From Paraspadella gotoi (Eukaryota; Animalia; Chaetognatha), in assembly GCA_051294375.1 (NCBI GenBank), contig CM119271.1, positions 13,953,739 to 14,017,738 on the forward strand: a DNA stretch of 64,000 bases, given 5' to 3'. This document shows positions 1 through 13,298 of the stretch, piece by piece. The notes beneath the pieces are model-generated. The model did not search any database. It had not been told where the DNA came from and saw only the letters and a list, made by a program, of their open reading frames with translations. Made by a program: the position numbers and the translations under genes. How positions within the stretch are numbered: the first letter of the stretch is position 1; the number at the start of each line of letters is the position of its first letter.

Positions 1-1337
1 TTAGCCAAAAATTCGTAGATAATACTACATCGTACCTCTTCTTTCGCCAAAAGGTGGTCGAGGCAAAAGATTAGAATTTAATTTAATTCTGCTTCAAAAC
101 GAGCACGAGTCAGTTGGCGAGGCGCGACAGTCATCTCCGCGATTCGCATGCTTTTTTGTGTGTGCTTTTTTTTGTGTGTGTGATTTCTGGTTTAAGACCA
201 GAAATAATATCAAAGTCGATAAATACGTCAACAGTTTCATTCTTCTCAGCCTTTGGTGTATTTTTTTTTCTTTTTGAAATATCCAATCATTGATTTGTAA
301 TTCACGCTACGACCAATCTTAAGTTCCATGAATGCAAAAAAGATATAATTGCCATCATGTATATCGCGAATTGTTCGTGGCGTGAATCTATATGCTTCAA
401 GCTTAAATCCGATTTGAATTATTGCGGATCGACATTCCAATTTTTCTTTTAAAGAGAGATTTGATTCTCTTTTCTCAAAAAAAAACGCCTTAGCGAACCC
501 GCGTCCTCGTTGTGTGCCTTCCGAGGATTTCTCGGACAGCCACCAGGAAGCCTTCGCCCTATTTCTTTAATTGTTAACAATTAGATTTAACTTTTCGATT
601 GTATATTGTATGTGTATTTTTTTTTGCATGTTTGAATATTTAATTCGACGCGTATTCATTATTTTTTTATAGCCAAAGAATAATTTGTGTAGCCAATGCT
701 TTTTTCTCTCTGGTCGAATGGATTCTTTGTGCATCCGACTTCTCTTTTTACGACGCGGCGACCAAAACAAAAATATTTCTTCTTATCCGCTGAATTTCTC
801 GTTGTCGCGGAATTTATTGTTGTCAAATAAGTTTTGATATTGATGACGAAGAATATTTGTGGATTTAGTGGAAGCGACGAAAAAAACGTGTTTTTTTTTA
901 AAGAAATTTGAGCAAACGTATAATTTCGGGAATGGAATGAAAAAAATAACCGTTGAGAATTTCGATCTTATCGCGCTTTTCTTAGTTGACTGTTGCGTCG
1001 CGAAATCAAAAAGTCTTTGTATACAATTTGGTTTTTTTTCTCCGCGTAGCCTTTAAATTTCTTTCCCGTAATCCCACTACGGCGCTGTATAACTTTTCGA
1101 TCGTTTTTTTTTTCGTATTATTTTCTTATTTTCCAATGACAATAAAAAAAGTTTAATTTCGCTTCAAATTATGTAGATCTATCCACAAGAATCTTGTTTT
1201 CTGTTCCAAAACAAAACTCGTTTAACGAAAAGATGATCGGATGATGCGAGAGACTTTTCCGTCGTTGATCGATGTTGAAGGAGATTTTGACGACTCCAGT
1301 ATGATGATCTTTTGATCGAGAAAAAAAGAGGCAGAGG

Positions 1338-4300
1338 ATGGGCAACGCGTTGGAGGCCTTCACGGGCGAGTCGGCGGAGGATATGATGGAATATTCCGAG
1401 GAGCACATTCGCGATCAGTTGCGTCGAGGGGCGGGACGGAGCGACGGAAATCTTCGCTACAGAGGAAGCAAAGAGTGAGTCGATGGTTGCGTTTAGTTCT
1501 TTGCTCTTTGTTCATCATCCTCGTTTCTCCTCCGTTATGGTAATATTCAGATCCTCGGATCGCCTCGTCCCAGCGACCTTGACGACGACGACGACGCCTC
1601 AAGAGTGGGGACCCCAAATACCTCCGTTTCTTCTCCCCGCCGCCGGAGGCGTTGGTTCGAAGATGGATCGACGAAAGCGGAAAAACTCGGAAGAGCGCGA
1701 AGAAGACGACGAACCCGACGATGACGGACATCGTGACAATTTTGTTAAAAGCTATGACTCTAACGATGAACCCGAAGACGATAGACGATGTAATAATGTG
1801 GACGGCGAAGACGGCGTGAGATCTCTCGATGATTGTGATGACTCCGACGACGATAAACGATATAACGATATTGAGAAAAGCTATGACGACCTAAGATCTT
1901 CCCGCTTGGTTTTCAACGATGACGACCACGACGACTCCATCTCCACCGATTCGGCGAAATCGGATTCTCTCGATCGCTTCGTCGATTCGACGTCGACCGA
2001 AGTTTCCGCGAGCATCCATGCAAAAATTAAAAAAAAGAAAAGGTCAAAATTTCTTGGAAATTTGGAGGCGACAGATAAGGAGGAGCGAGGAGAGGAGCCT
2101 GCAGAGGAGTCTGCAGACGAGATGGCAGAGGAGCCTGCAGAGGAGCCTGCAGATGAGCAGGCAGAGAAGCCAGCAGATGAGCGGGTAGAAAACACGACCA
2201 ATGAGCAGGCTGTAGAGCAAGCCATGGAGAATACCGAGGAATGGGCTAAAGAGCTGGCCGTGGAGCAGGCCAAGGAGCAAAAGGATGATATCGCAGATGA
2301 GCTGGCCGCGGAGGAAAGAAAATCGTGCGTGAAAGATGAAGGAAAGCTGAAACTTGAAGAGTCGCATCCATTGCAGAAATTTGAGGAAACATCGTCAGAT
2401 CTGAAAATTGAAAGTTTCTTTCACCTGTGGCAGGATAAGTCATCGGATTTGAATAAAGATTGGGAACAAACACCACTTAGTGTAGATTTGACGGATGATG
2501 AGTTAAGCAATCCAGAACTTTTAGATTTAGCCACAAATGAATCAATCAGTTGTGAAGCTTTTGAATTGGAAAAAAATGAATTGGATTCAATAGAAGGTGA
2601 ATTAAATATGAAAAAAATTTGTTCTGATAAAATTGAATTGACAAACAAAGATGCTGTAAATTTGATTAATGATAAATTAAAGTCAATGGAACTTGTCGAG
2701 GAAGATGAGCCAAAAAATGATTTTGTAGAAAATGAATTAAAATTTGAAGTTAATTTAAATTTGAGTGAAAATGAAGTTATAATGAAAGATACTTTGGATT
2801 GGGAATTAAAGCATGATGATAGCTCAGAGGAGGTAGAGAGCGATGGATTAAATGTAAAGGACGATAAATTGAAATCTCAGAAATCCGTATCTCCATGTGA
2901 ATATGAATCCGAAATAAAATATTCAATTTCCATGGAGGATGAAGTAAAATTGGTAGTAGGCGATGAAGAAACCCATGACACAGATTTGGATACGAAGGTT
3001 TCGCGTAAAAATTCACTTAATGCTCGTGAATTAGAATCCAAGGAATACTTTCCTACTGACGACGTAATAATAGTTCAACAAGATCAAAAATCACGCGATG
3101 ATGTTTTACAATCAATCGCAGCCAAAGTCGATGAGCAGAATGACGAAATGTTCGGCACTTGCGAAGACTTTGCAGGCGACGCTTTATGTGATAGCTTTTA
3201 CGAAAACAATGATACAACAAACGATACAGATTTGTCTTTCAACAAAATGAATTCTGAATTCCATGATGTTGATAATCTTCAGAAGAAGCCTTCGAGCCAT
3301 GATACTACAGAAAAATTATTTAAAAATGACCTCAATCACTATGATGACGTAACGCAAACTGAAACCTTAGATGACGAATCTCCGTCTGATAAAATTGTAT
3401 TGACGGATGAGGTCAAACAACAAGAATTTTCTGAAAGTTCGCTACAAGTAGCAATGAATTCGACTACTTACGAATATCCTCCCGATAACTCGTGCGCTTT
3501 GGAAAATGAATTATCCCATTCGCTCAATTCTATTATTGATCACGGTGATTCGAGATTAAATATAACTTCGACTCGTTCGGATATTCTTGTCGAATCAGAA
3601 GTCGAATCGTCCGTGGCGTGGGATGATGGATGGTCTGCTTGTGGCTTCGATGAGCGTGGAGACGAAACTAATGAAAGCTTTTTCGCTGTTCTCGGATCAA
3701 ACAATCACATACAATCTGAATCAGATTGTCAATCTGATTCTATAAATGATGAAGCGAATGTCGAGATTGACGGTTCTCAATTTCACGAAACTTATGCAAA
3801 TATAAAACTAGCGGAATACAATACAGGAGCTGTATCAGAAATAAAATTGAACAGCGAACTTAATTTTGATATTGATGATAACGAAGGTGACGGGCCAAAC
3901 ATGCAAGATGCTCAATTGAACCATGATGCTTGTGATAATTCTGAAAAATGTCTCGCTGACGCCGGTGTCTCCGATTCTTCAGCGCCGGCGCCAAACCATT
4001 TCGTTGAGAATAATATTTTTCAAAGCGACAAAGCGACTTTGAAATCTGACGACTCACTCTTTCACAACTTTACTTTTGAAAACTTTGAAGAAAATACCTC
4101 ATTCCTGGAAAAATCCTCAACCGACTTGCACGAAAGTGTCTCTAATTTCATCAAAAACAACGACTTGATTATAACCGAGAAAGACGTAAATATGAACAGC
4201 TTTGAAATGTCTCAAGATACAATGGAGACATTTCTTTCTCGGTCGAGTTTTAGTGATGATGACGAAAGATTTCTCCAAAATAATAACCCAGAAGTTGGCG

Positions 4301-7300
4301 GTGAATATAACCGAGTGGAGGGTGATGAGTTTTCTGTCGACGACGAAGGCCACGAAAAGTTAGGAGCAGAAAATTTTGTACCAGAACCTTCAAATTGCAA
4401 AGAAGTCGCGGAAATTAATCCGGAACACTTTTCCGAGAAATTTTGCGTGGATGCCAATGAGATCGAGAAAAAATTGCTGCGGGAAACTCTGGAAGACGAT
4501 GGTCGTCTTGAAGAGGTGAAAGATGCTGTGGAGTTTTTATTGATCGTGAAATCTGGAGACGTCGAGGATTTAGATTCATCCGAATCCAAAGTCAAAGGCG
4601 TCAAAAAGGATGTCAGTTCAAACGATGATATTTACATCTTGAGCGAAATGAAAGAGAGCGATGGCTTCCTCGAAGACGATTGGGAATGGCAAGAAGAAAA
4701 AGATTTTTCAAACCAACCAACTTGTGCCAAAAGCGAGGAAGGTTCTGCTTTTTATGGTTCGAACGAAATGAGCGACTTGAAGATGGTCTTTGAGGAAGAG
4801 ACACAACCATCGTGTCCTGACCCAAATTTTGTATCAGCTGGAGATGAAAACGATGAATTCGCTTCTTACGAAGACAAGGTTAGAGAATATTTTCCTGAAC
4901 AAAAAGAACAGCAACCACGCTATTTTTCATCTGACGCTGTTCCTGTGAATTATTTTGAGGAAATAGATTGTGATTCATTAATCAATACACAGGATTTCGG
5001 TTCACTTGGCGAACGCGATTACAAGAGCGAAACTTCAAACTCGCGCTCAAGTGATGACAAATTACATGCCGCAATTACGCCGAGCCAAGAAAACGATTTT
5101 TATGAGCAAAATTTAATTTTTTCTCTCGAAGACAATTCGGAATTTTCCTCCTGCAACATTCATGTTGCGAATCCAGAAAGTGGCCACACCTTACCCGCCG
5201 TTTCCGCCGCAGTACAGGATACATTTCTTTTTGTTACTTCAACCGTTAAATCTTATTCTCCCGACGAAAATGTAGAGAGAGTCGTTATCCCTTTTGACGA
5301 GGAATTTCAAAAAGACTTCGATCATAGTCGCCTCGACTTGAAGGAAAACTCCATCGACGAACAGAATGACAAAAAGTCGCTCGATAGTTCACGCGACTTC
5401 AATGCTGGAATCGATAGGATAAACGATCATCCTCAGTTCGCCGAAAATATTTCCCTCGATCTTCAAAAGCAGCCACCTCATTGTCATGAAATCGAAGATA
5501 CAGGTTCGCCCGAATCCTTGGGGCCAGTTAATGATGACCCATCTCTTTCTCTGCAATCGCTTTCCTTCCTCAATCATTCGTCATCTGAGGCAGTCGCCTT
5601 ACCCATCTCTAGTCACTCGCTCACACAACCTTCGGATACCCATTCCAGTTCTGAACATTCTCAACCGATTCCATTTCCGAACATAAGTTCAGAACCTATT
5701 TCCATTCCTGATTTGGTGTCGGACTCGGTCGGTTTTATAAATTATCAACCACAATCTCATCCCGTGGAATATCCTGCTCTTTCTCTTCTGGTTTCCGAGC
5801 TGGTCTCAGATCCTGCTACCAACCTCGCGCTTGTCTCAAACCCGGTCTCAAACCCCGTCGTTAGTTCCACAGTTTCTCCGCCACTCATCAGTCCCCAATC
5901 TTTCCAGCCTGTCTTAGACCTCAAAGACATTCACTGTGATTTCACGCGTGTGAACGAAGGATTTTTCTCCCGTTCACCGACTTCCGACATTCCAAGCAAC
6001 TCTACTCGTAGCTTAGCCACTGGTCCCGCGACCGAACCCCTCCACGTCTGTGATAATCGATACGACGCTCACAACGACTTCCCTCAGGAAACTCTACCCG
6101 TGCCTTCTCAAAGTGCATTTCAGTTTTTCGATAGTCAGCGGCCCGGCGCCGGCGCTCTTTCCGAAGATGGCGCGGCGAAATTCATTATGGCGGGAATACC
6201 GACTTCCACGGATCTCGTCAAAGTGGATGGGGGCGACCGGCCCGGTCGCGCGAAAGACAGGCGTGATTCGGGGGCGTCGGCGAAAGCCACCTTTGGTTTT
6301 TCCGTCGAAATCGAACCCTGGGTCAACGACGTGACGGCGCCACATTCCAGAGTCTCGTCCAATTATCCCCCGACGACGGATCTTGAGCCTGAGGGTGACG
6401 TCGGTGAAATTCTCGTCGCTCCAAGCGATGCCGACGAACGAGTCGACGCCGACGAGTCGGCCGCCGCGGCCGCGTTCGAGTGTCCGGAATTCGCGGATCA
6501 GCCCGCCAACGTCGACTACGAAAGAAGCCAGCCTCGAGGAGTGACCGTCGCCGACGCTCCCTTCCCTCTTGCGGCGAACTTCTCCACTTCGACGCCAGTG
6601 ACGACGCCTTTGGCACCGTCGCGAAACTTCTTCCGAGAATCCGTCGTCAGCGAGGAAGAGACAGACCTCGTTTCCCGCAGCGCCTCGAACCAACCCAGTC
6701 GCGGCTACGAATTCACTCTCGAGTCCGAAGACTTGGCGACTCTTTCGTGGGCCAACGAATCGGCGATCCACTCCGACCCGCGCCGAGATTTGACGCCGGC
6801 TTTGGATCGCGCCGCCGGATTTTCGTTCGAAGCGCCGGCGCCTTGGTCGAGGAGGGAAGGACCCGAAGGACGGAACTCGTTCAGTCCGGCGACGTCGGCC
6901 GCGGCGTCGGGAGCGCCGATCCTCGAGACGAGACGATCCTGCGACGGAACGGAATCGCCCGACGCCGCGGGAACCGGCGCCATCGACGCCGCGGGAACCG
7001 GCGCCATCGACGCCGCCGTCGGGGAGAGCGAAGAATCTTCGGCGTCGATCTCTTGTTCTCTCGGCGATTTGGGGAGTACGACCGAGAGGACGGAGGAGGG
7101 GGAGAGGACGGGAGGGAGCGAATGTGACGAGGAAGTTGGCGGGCTGCTGCGCACATCCACCCAGCGATCGCCGAGAATTTGGAAGTCGACGAGTGATCTC
7201 AAGATGGGCGAGTTGGTGAGTGAACTTTGGAAAGTTTCGAAATTTTTGTTAATTTGGCAAACCTTTAATAAATCCTGAAAGAAGAATTTTTTTCCTACTT

Positions 7301-10300
7301 CAATATCGTTATAAGTTATCTGTGAGGGAAGTTAAGGAGGCTGTTGAATCACTCCTCGAGTCATCTACGATATTTAAAATTATATTAAAATATTCTCATG
7401 AGTAATTAAAAAGAAAATTTTAAGTGATAAATATAAACATTTCATCTTATTTCATCTTATCTGCTATATGCAAATGATATTAAAGAGTTCAGTTTTCGAA
7501 AGTCGGTTCGCAGTAAAGTTTCGTAATATTTCTATATCATCTCAGTTCTTGAATCCCAACGACATTCCTCGTCCTCATCGTCGTCGTCGTTCGTCTCGCA
7601 AAGACGTCGACGTCGAAGCGACGAAGCCTCGAGTTTCCGGTCAACGAAACGACGACGTCGAGGAAAGGGATCACAGCCTCAGGCGCAAGTGAGATTCCTT
7701 TATGATTGAATTTCGTTTACTTTATATACTTTATAAATGTTAGTTATTATTTATTAATATTAATATTAATACCAAGAGTCCTCAACAAAGCCGCCACCGA
7801 CAACTGGCATCAATCCGTCGATTGCCTGACGGGAATCCGTCCTCTCGACGAAGACCCACCGCGCGACCGTAGAGATCGTCAAGGCGCCGCCAGTAGACGC
7901 TCGGCATCCGGTCTCGGCACCGCGGCGCCGCGCGACGGACGAAGAGGAGAGCGGAGAGGAAGGACGAAGAAAACTCGTTCCAAAGATCACGGATCTCGCG
8001 GCGCCGTCTCGTCTTCATCGTCGATGGACGAGTACTTGCGATATTGCAAGGATTACTACAAGACGTATTATCCCGACTGGTGAGTTGTTGGTATGTTTAT
8101 GTTTTTTGCTTAGACTTAGTCTGTCTTTGTTTGTTTGTTTGCTGATGATGATTGTACTGAATCAACCTCGTTGTATTCGAATAAAATCGCATATAATATT
8201 GCAAAAACAAAAAAACTACTCTGGTAATGAATAAACTAGACTGGGAGAAAGTCTCGATTAAGCGTTTGCAATGTTATTGTCTAGTAGGAGGGATGGAGGT
8301 CTTAAACGTTAAATCAAGGGCAAGATAGCTTGTTTATTGAATGAATGGATAATTATTATATTGGCAGTACCAATTTATAACAATTTCTCAAGTTAAACAT
8401 TTTAAATCTTTTCTTTCAGGTATCGACTCTACTTTCATCAATTCAAAAATTATCTCCTCGATCACTATTCCTCGCCGCCGCCTCCTTCCGCCTCTTTCCC
8501 CATCGCTCCCTCCTTCGCCGCCAATCCCTGGTCCGCCTACTACGCCTTCGGTTGGCCGCCGGCCGTCTCGGCCTTTCAGCCGGTCAGGCCGAGGACGCCG
8601 CCCAAGTTCTCCCGTCCGCTGCCGATTTTTAAGTTCGGCGGCGGCGGAGTTCTGACGATGATCGACGTCGATCGGAGCGGGAGAAGAGGACGGGTGAGGA
8701 CTGTGGAAAGGAGAGGAAAGACGAGGGACTGCAAGGAAAGAAAGGGAAAGGGAAGGGAAGGGGTAAGGAAAGGATGGGCAAGTAAGGAAAGGAAGGAATG
8801 AAGTAATTAAGAAAATGAGAGGAAACGAGAAGAGTGTGAACAACAAAGCCGGTGTTCATATCTTTTCCCCCCGCAGGTTTCCATCCTCCTCCCTCCCCGC
8901 TCAGCCTCCTCTCTCCACACCTTTCCATCTCCCCTTCGCCTCCAACGACCCTCCAAACGCCAACTCGTCGCCTTCTGTCGATCCAAGATCGACGTCCTCA
9001 TCGCCCAACAAGCCGCCGCCGCCGCCGCCGCCTCCGAGACGGAGCCGCTTCCCACGCTCATCCTTCCCTCGGCGTCGGCTACAACGGATATCGGCCGTGG
9101 CGGCCGATCCTCCGCGTCGGCATCCGAGGGTAGACGCCGGAAATCTGAGGAGCCTCGGCGCCGATCGCCCGGCAAAGCGACCGCGACGGCGAAGTCGGCT
9201 GGCGAAGATGGAGCCGTCGATGTGGAAGGATTTAGGTCGGGAGGGAAAACTTAATTCTTAATCCTTAAAAACTTAATCCTTGGGCCGTATGTTCCCAGTT
9301 ATTTAAAACTCGTCTCCTCGATTCTCAGGTTGCTGTGGGAGCTGATGGAGTTGCTGTTGCGACAGAACGGACGAATTCTGGGCGCCGACGTCGCTGAGTT
9401 GTTGACGGGAGAAGAAGAGCGAGCGTTGGATTCGTCGTCGTCGCAAGAGTTGGTTTCCGACGTCTCAGGTAGACTGAAAAGGGGAGCAAAGAGTCAAGTC
9501 CAGCGTTGGCGTTTTATTGACATTAACGAGGTTAATTAATACGTGATTGACAATAGTTTAATGATGACAATGATTTAGGTAATGACAAAGAAGAAGATTA
9601 CAGATATTCGATTATTGAAGATTATTGAAGATTATTGAAGAAGTGTTCTATCTTGAGATTCGATGTCGACCCCTGAGTCTCTCTGTCGGTCATTGGTCAG
9701 TCTAAGGGTGAATAAAGGTCTGTGATTCGTCAGCTTTCTGATGGTGATGTGATCCCTCGTCCCCTTCAGGAGTGCAAGTGCATCGATCAGTTGATGCCAG
9801 TTTCTAAGCTTTCCCCGATTAATCTTTTTCCCTTTTCTTTCCCCAAATCCTCTTCTCGTCTCGAAGCCTCCGGAAGAGACTTCGACCAACCGCTGGACCC
9901 GACGGCGGTGATTCGCCAATTTCGCCGCCTCCTCCAAGTCGGAAAGATGTCGGAGGCCGTCGATTGGGCTTTCGCCAACAAGGAGGAAGGTTGGTTTTTT
10001 TAAATGTAAATAAGTTTAATTTAAACTGACTTGAAAATTAAATTTAAATCGTCTCTCTTTAAGGCCACGCCATGTACCTGACGATGATGATGGATTCGGT
10101 CGTTCCGGGAGCCAACGTCTCCTCGGCGCTGCAACGCGTCGAGCGGGAGATGGCGCCCGACGATTCTCTGCTCACGCTTTACTACGTGATGACCAACAGA
10201 CAAGTACGAATAGTAACTTATTCTTATTGCTAAATTATTTAATTGTATTATTAACATTGACTTTTTTTATTTTAGCCTCCGATTTGGTCGAAAATGACGG

Positions 10301-11141
10301 ATCCGCGTTTCGCCGATTGGCGTCGTCACGTCGCCATCGCCGTCGCCAATTTGGCCGATGAGAGTCAAAGGCGCGACTCTTTGATTGGGTGAGTTTAATC
10401 GCTTTCTTTTTCTATTGTTTTGTTCTTTCGTTCTTTGCTTTGTGCCCTTTGCCCTTTTGTTTATTCTTTATTCGTTCATCCCCCAGAGCCCTCACCCTCT
10501 TTGCCGACGCCCTTCAACTCGCCGGCAAGACTCCCTCCTCTCACTTCGTACGCCTCGTCGCATTTTGGTGCGCAGCGTCTCTGCCCGCGACGCCGCTTCC
10601 GCTTCTCGGTCACCAAACCGGCGCTGATCCTCCCGGCGTCGCCGCCTACGCCCGGCGCGGTTCCATCGGCGCCAGGCCCTCGCCGCCGGCCTCTCGACTT
10701 TCTCTTCCGACCGACGACGTAATTCAGTTGACGGAAATCCACGAATATTTGGCGCAACAGTTCGATCCGACGGCGGCGACGCTGGCGGAGCCGCGGCGCG
10801 ATTTAGACGTCTCCTTGGAATCGAGCGACCATCGGGGCCTCCGCTCGTCGTCGAGCGATTCTAAACTCGACTCTCTCGTCGACCTTCATCGCGGATTCGC
10901 TCCTTTTAAACTCTTGTACGCCCAACGCCTGTTGGAGGCCGGTCTGGCGCGGCAGGCGCTGGCATACTGCGCCGAGACGGCAAAGGACGTCGCCAGGCAC
11001 CCTTCCTTGGCGCGACCGACTCGAGCCTTGGCGCTGTCGGCATTGGCCGAGGACAAAGCCTTCGTCAACTCGTTCGTGGCCAACAGGAATTTGGAGGAAA
11101 CTTCTCCCGTCTGGTTACGAGATTTGAATCGATTTTGCTGA
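1338..11141 (+). CDS. SEC16: Sec16 (COPII ER exit-site scaffold), about 11 exons, including a giant exon 1551-7215
   Basis: Spliced exons give RTPPKFSRPLPIFKFGGGG (~8590-8650; Sec16A TPEKFSVPHVCARFGPGG), LLWELMELLLRQNGRILGADVAELL (9330-9405; Sec16 central domain), WRRHVAIAVAN, IQLTEIHEY and FAPFKLLYAQRLLEAGLARQALAYC. ATG 1338 splices in frame (GT 1475, AG 1550) into the 1931-aa ORF. Stop TGA ends at 11141. The 5' start is inferred. Confidence 0.85.
8285..8377 (+). repeat. Dispersed intronic repeat, copy 1 (Sec16 intron)
   Basis: GATGGAGGTCTTAAAC...GGGCAAGATAGCTTGTTTATTGAATGAATGGATAATTATTATATTGG is highly similar to 43217-43323. Confidence 0.8.
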
Positions 11142-11438
11142 CATGAAGAAACAATTATTTTTTTTTCAAACGGGTCGCAGAGTCATTCCTGTCTTAGCAG
11201 TAGTTAATTAAGAAGTTACAATTTATAAACGATATTGACTAATTCTTGTAGTCTCCAGCTTATTATATTTTATTACCGGCGATTCGAAGTTTATTGTTAA
11301 TTTTGACTTAAACCCCAATTCACGCTTTTTCCTGATTTTTTTACACTTTTTCAACTATAGTTAAATCGAAATTTTTTTTTTTTACAGATTTTAGACCAAA
11401 AATTTTTTACGGTAATCTTCCTTTGTGAAAATTGAATA

Positions 11439-12231
11439 ATGGGTTTGGATCTAGGAGCGAGCCTCGCCGGCACCTTTGCCCTCTACGGGATGTTGCAAGT
11501 CATAAAGGACGTCGTCGTCGAAGTCCTGGGCATCGCATATCCCACGCCGCTCACAGGTCCAACGCAATAAATTAATTTGCATATTGTCGCCGTGGAATTA
11601 AGGATCTTAGATTTAGTGTCGAAAGAGAGGGAAGTTATATTTTTGTGAATCTATTTGTGTTGAAGCAAAAAAATTGCACACCCTTATCAATCGATTGAGA
11701 AATTTTCTGGATGTTACTTGAGCTTACAGGGTCTTGCTTTCGGATACTATAGAAAATATCCTGACTCTTAAATTTTAAGTAATTTTGAGTCATCATTTTA
11801 ATGTATGACTAGCTTACAGCGTTTGCCCTTCCCGCAGAGTAAGTTGACGAGTCGAAAAACCCCTACCCTTCTTCCTCCATTCCCTCACAGGTCGCTATCT
11901 CCTCGTCGGCCTTCTCTACGTCCTCGGTGCCGCTCCCGACGCCGCAGTCGCCGTGCTCGTCTTCCGCACCGCGGCGCTGCTGTCCTTCCTGCATCTCCTC
12001 GCGCAACTCTTCGATTTGCCCAAGGTGGGTTTTACTTTTATAATAATTATTTTATTCTCCCGATTTTTTCGTTTTCATTTTCGTATCGTATTTCCCCTTC
12101 AGATGATGGCCCTTCTCGAAAAGACGGGCTCCGTCCTCGTGGGATACATGGCGGTCATGGTTTTCCTGAAGGTGAAGAAGTTTTTCATCGAGTTGGACAA
12201 GATCGAGGAGTTGACGGGAGTCGCTTTGTGA
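11439..12231 (+). CDS. Small multi-pass membrane protein, divergent MAPEG (MGST1/PTGES-like); 3 exons (~11439-11556, 11891-12024, 12103-12231)
   Basis: Clean GT-AG joins give MGLDLGASLAGTFALYGMLQVIKDVVV...GRYLLVGLLYVLGAAPDAAVAVLVFRTAALLSFLHLLAQLFDLPK|MMALLEKTGSVLVGY. This resembles MGST1 GLLYSLSGPDPSTAILHFRLFVGARIYHTIAYL. The gene is well supported; the family assignment is moderate. Confidence 0.55.
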
Positions 12232-13298
12232 GGAGGAGGATGAGGAGTGGACGAAGAGTTGGGGGAGGATCTGGGGAGAAAAGATTGTCCTTTTATCCTT
12301 TTATCCTCGAATCATCGCATCTCCTGCCAGCGGAATTTTTCATTCTTCCTTTTATTACAACAAATTCTCATTTTTTGGTCCCGCAAGTCATTTTCTCGAT
12401 TTGCTTTTCAATGACTTTTATTTTGAACGGTTCTCATGGTATTTTTTTTTTTTTTTGTTACGCCTATTAACTAATCCGCAAATACTTGGGAAAAGACACA
12501 TTTTTTACTAACCTCTCGTCGTCGTTATGAGTAGTTTATTTCATATCATATCGACGTCGTTAACCCTTTTCTATATAATACTTTATCCTTACTACTTTTT
12601 AAAAATCAACGGGCATTTTTTGCCAAATTATACGGTTTACGTTTTGGTTATTTTCTGGTTGTAATTTTTTCATAATCCTGCTTTTGTTTATACGCTTTTA
12701 TATGAAATGTTCTCTTTTCGTCGAGCTTTTACGAAGCTCCGTCGTACTCTTATACAATGTACATATACATTGTATTGGATCTGCTGAGACGCTGACACTA
12801 AATTTGTTATTATCGTTTATGTACGATTGTTCGACTGTTGTACAATTGTAAATATATTCATCCACGAATCATGTTTTCATTCTGATTTCATAAAATCGTC
12901 GAAATTAAGTGAGAACCAACTATTTTTAAGTAGACGAATGCTTTCATTGGCTTTTATACCTTACAATACATATATTTTACACATAATTCTGGCATGATTT
13001 TATATCTGGACAGTTTCAAACAAAAATATATTTGTCGAATGAGATCGTAAGGGAGTTATATGTTGAATCTTTCCACAACCCATATTAATTAATACTACTA
13101 AAGCATGACTCCCGTCGTCTTCCCATTTTTGTTTTTCTGATGTGTTTTTCCCGCCAAAACGACTCGAGGCTTTAACGCTCTGTTCTTAGAAATAATCGCT
13201 CGTCCCCGAGGGCGGCCAAATAATAGCGAAGAACAAATAAAGAGAGATTGCATAAAAAAAACCGCGCGAAACTCGATCCCGCGTTCGATTAACTCGTC

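Noticed and set aside
11728-11778. Hidden MAPEG exon encoding SDTIENIL (like NDLENI)
   Set aside because: It is in the wrong phase relative to exon 1 and has no donor before the stop.
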